NCBI GenBank assembly: GCA_040954595.2 | Contig: CM082581.2 | Location: forward strand, 6,998,699-7,062,698 | Length of the DNA: 64,000 nt | Source of the DNA: Balanoglossus misakiensis | Lineage: Eukaryota; Animalia; Hemichordata | Reading direction: 5' to 3' | In this document: one piece after another, positions 61,667-64,000 of the stretch | Layout: every line of letters starts with the position of its first letter | Position numbering within the stretch: position 1 is the stretch's first letter | Position numbers and translations under genes: made by a program | The notes under the pieces: generated by a model | Seen by the model: only the letters and a program-made list of their open reading frames with translations | Database searches by the model: none | Told to the model about the DNA's origin: nothing

Positions 61667-64000
61667 CAGACCAGATACAGCAAAATGGGCGATTCAAGAC
61701 AGGGACGTGTGACGTCAAAATTGATCGCCTCAGCAATGTACTAGTAACCTTAATCTCCCAATTCGGTCTTTCACTACACAAGTAGATTAATAATTCAGTG
61801 ATGTCTATATTTAGATGTTTTCCATTGACGCGATGTTTGTTTGTCGTCCAAACCGAAAAATGAAGTGAGCGATTGAATCGAAGCCCAGCCTTCGCACTAT
61901 TTTTATCTTACAAATACCATCTCAGTAATATTCGCCGTTTTTTAATTACTATTTTCGAGCAATATAAGCTTTATATGGGTGATATGGAAAGCCATGTAGT
62001 TTTGTGGCCAGTTAACAAACCCTGTGCATCTCTGTCTAGCTTTAAATTTCAACCCTGTCATTTATTTTTTTCCGCCAGATTTTGAAACATACATAAACAA
62101 AATTAGCCACTGCGTGTATTGTCACTTTAACTTTCGGATACCATACTGAGCTTGCATCATATCACTGAGTATGTGTGTACACAATTCTCAGCCTATGCTG
62201 CTGCACATAGTCAGCCATTTTTTGGGTACACCCCAAAATAATATTTGCGCACAGGTGCTTTAATACTGATACACGTCGTGGAAAAAACAGCAGGTAGACG
62301 TCTGGACGAACACGACGGTTCGAGATAATCTCGGTCCGCAAAATCAACCAGTGTTACGTAATCTACAGATACGTGAAAAAAATAATCTTGCTGAAGGTTA
62401 ATGATAAATTGTATATTAATATGCAGATATTGAGACCTTACCCATTGTTTTTATTTAAAACAAATCATCCCTATCATCAAAATTTGATTGTTTCAATGGA
62501 GATACATGTGACACTGATAAATATTGTGAATATTGTCGGCCATGTAAACGTGGACAGGGCTGTGGAAAAGACCTTCACGCGCACCACACATGGTCATCAC
62601 ATCGACGGGACCTTTTGATACTCTCACAATGCACTCGGTGAATTATTAATGATTGTACGGGCATTTAGCATCTAAGTGGTCGCAGGGGAACGAGAGATTT
62701 TGTCGTGGAAGACAGAGGTAGTCATGTGTGCAAAAAAAAAAAAAAAAAAAAAACCCTCAGTGGAACATCACTTTGTGACGTCAACGTAAAAAGTAACATA
62801 AAATTGGCGTTTTTTCTCATCTGTAGATACCCGCTCCTTCAGCTCAACGTCACAAGTGACCTTGCTCGGCGATGTACCTGCACAATTCTATCGATATCTC
62901 CGATATCCCTGATGGTCACTTCGTCGGAAAGGCGCGGCGCATGTCAAATCTCGTGACTGGACTTTTCGAGAAAAAATACATGTATTACATATCGCATGAT
63001 ACATATCATAATCAGACCTTTGAACTCTGAAAACGTGGTATCAGAAAAAAACAAGATACATGTCCGAAGAAGTCAAACGAAGGAATGAAAAACAACAACA
63101 TCAAATGCGATGTGACAGCGATTGATTTGTTTGGATCAGAAAGACGAACCCTAATTTTCAAATTTGTGTGAATGCAGTCAGAGCTGCCACGAAGCATCGC
63201 ATTGATAATCCCGTAATCTCCCCTGTGTCATTAATGCGTAGACTCTGCTCTTCCAGATATTCATAATACGCTTTATAATAAATCATATTTTCTTAGACTC
63301 TGATGACAGGCCGTTAACGTGCCCTACTTTCACTCGACAAATTATGCCACCCAGCTCGTATGCCATACCGTGTTGGCTTTAGAGTCTGCACATACATGTA
63401 CATGTGTACATGTATCATCAGCTTTACTACCCGTTTTATCGCGAGCCGACGCGAAACCGTGACCGGGACAATCTATGAAGTGTGAATGTTATCAGCAAAA
63501 GTAAAACCACGCATAAACGCCGTAGAACGCGCTCCTCACTGTCCATGTTTGCAACTTCATGATTGAGCACAAGTTCGACCGTTTCAGTTGTTATCAAAAC
63601 AAGTCAACTGGCCAGATTTGCTCGAGTGGATGTGAACTTATTATTACCAAGTCCCTGTAAATTGACCAATGTTCTTAGTTCTATCTGAGTACCACCCAGT
63701 TTCCCGTCACATACAACACGCGCTTGTCCGACACTCGGTGAAAAACCAAGTTTTGAAATGTGCATTGCATTAATACTTGAAAACAATGCCCGACAGAGAA
63801 AAGTTTACGATGTTGAATTTAGGAATTTAATTTCATATAACTAGAATGATGGGATTACTCGAGACACATTTTGTAATTTAGGCTTCTTAATACTATTTCA
63901 AGTCCTAGCCGGTCTATAATATTTGGTCCTTGTAAGAAACTCTTTAGATTTTTGTGTTCGGGAAATGGTCCTCTGGATGTATACTTTACATTTATTCATC

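Noticed and set aside
61521-61781. Poly-His ORF
   Set aside because: Product of the (GAT)n microsatellite.
1-64000. Prokaryotic systems (CRISPR arrays, operons), tRNA and rRNA genes
   Set aside because: The sequence is spliceosomal-intron-containing animal DNA; no regularly spaced repeat-spacer array or structural RNA gene was recognisable.

Overview
Eukaryotic, AT-rich, intron-rich genomic DNA, most likely from a marine invertebrate deuterostome such as a hemichordate or echinoderm (inferred from gene content and repeat style only). Five protein-coding genes can be supported. (1) On the minus strand, the 5' half of a strongly divergent heterotrimeric G-protein alpha subunit: coding exons 32268-32157, 1705-1521 and 651-449, a ~30.4 kb first coding intron, and the remainder off the left edge. 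It lacks the N-terminal Gly/Cys lipidation residues, has a non-canonical P-loop (GSAGSGKST) and carries a Cys-rich insertion in the helical domain. (2) Head-to-head with it, a complete 16-exon SERAC1 orthologue (34682-40998, 665 aa). (3) An intronless somatostatin/allatostatin-C/MCH-type GPCR (45823-44597). (4) An intronless 368-aa hydrophobic protein of unrecognised family (51155-52261). (5) A two-exon 152-aa disordered protein (60832-58182) with BAD-like phospho-motifs and a BH3-like helix. Also present are a candidate spliced lncRNA, a Helentron/HINE-like element, several TTAA- and TA-type MITEs, degenerate LINE fragments and microsatellites. Gene models were read by eye from splice signals and frame continuity; no database searches were run.
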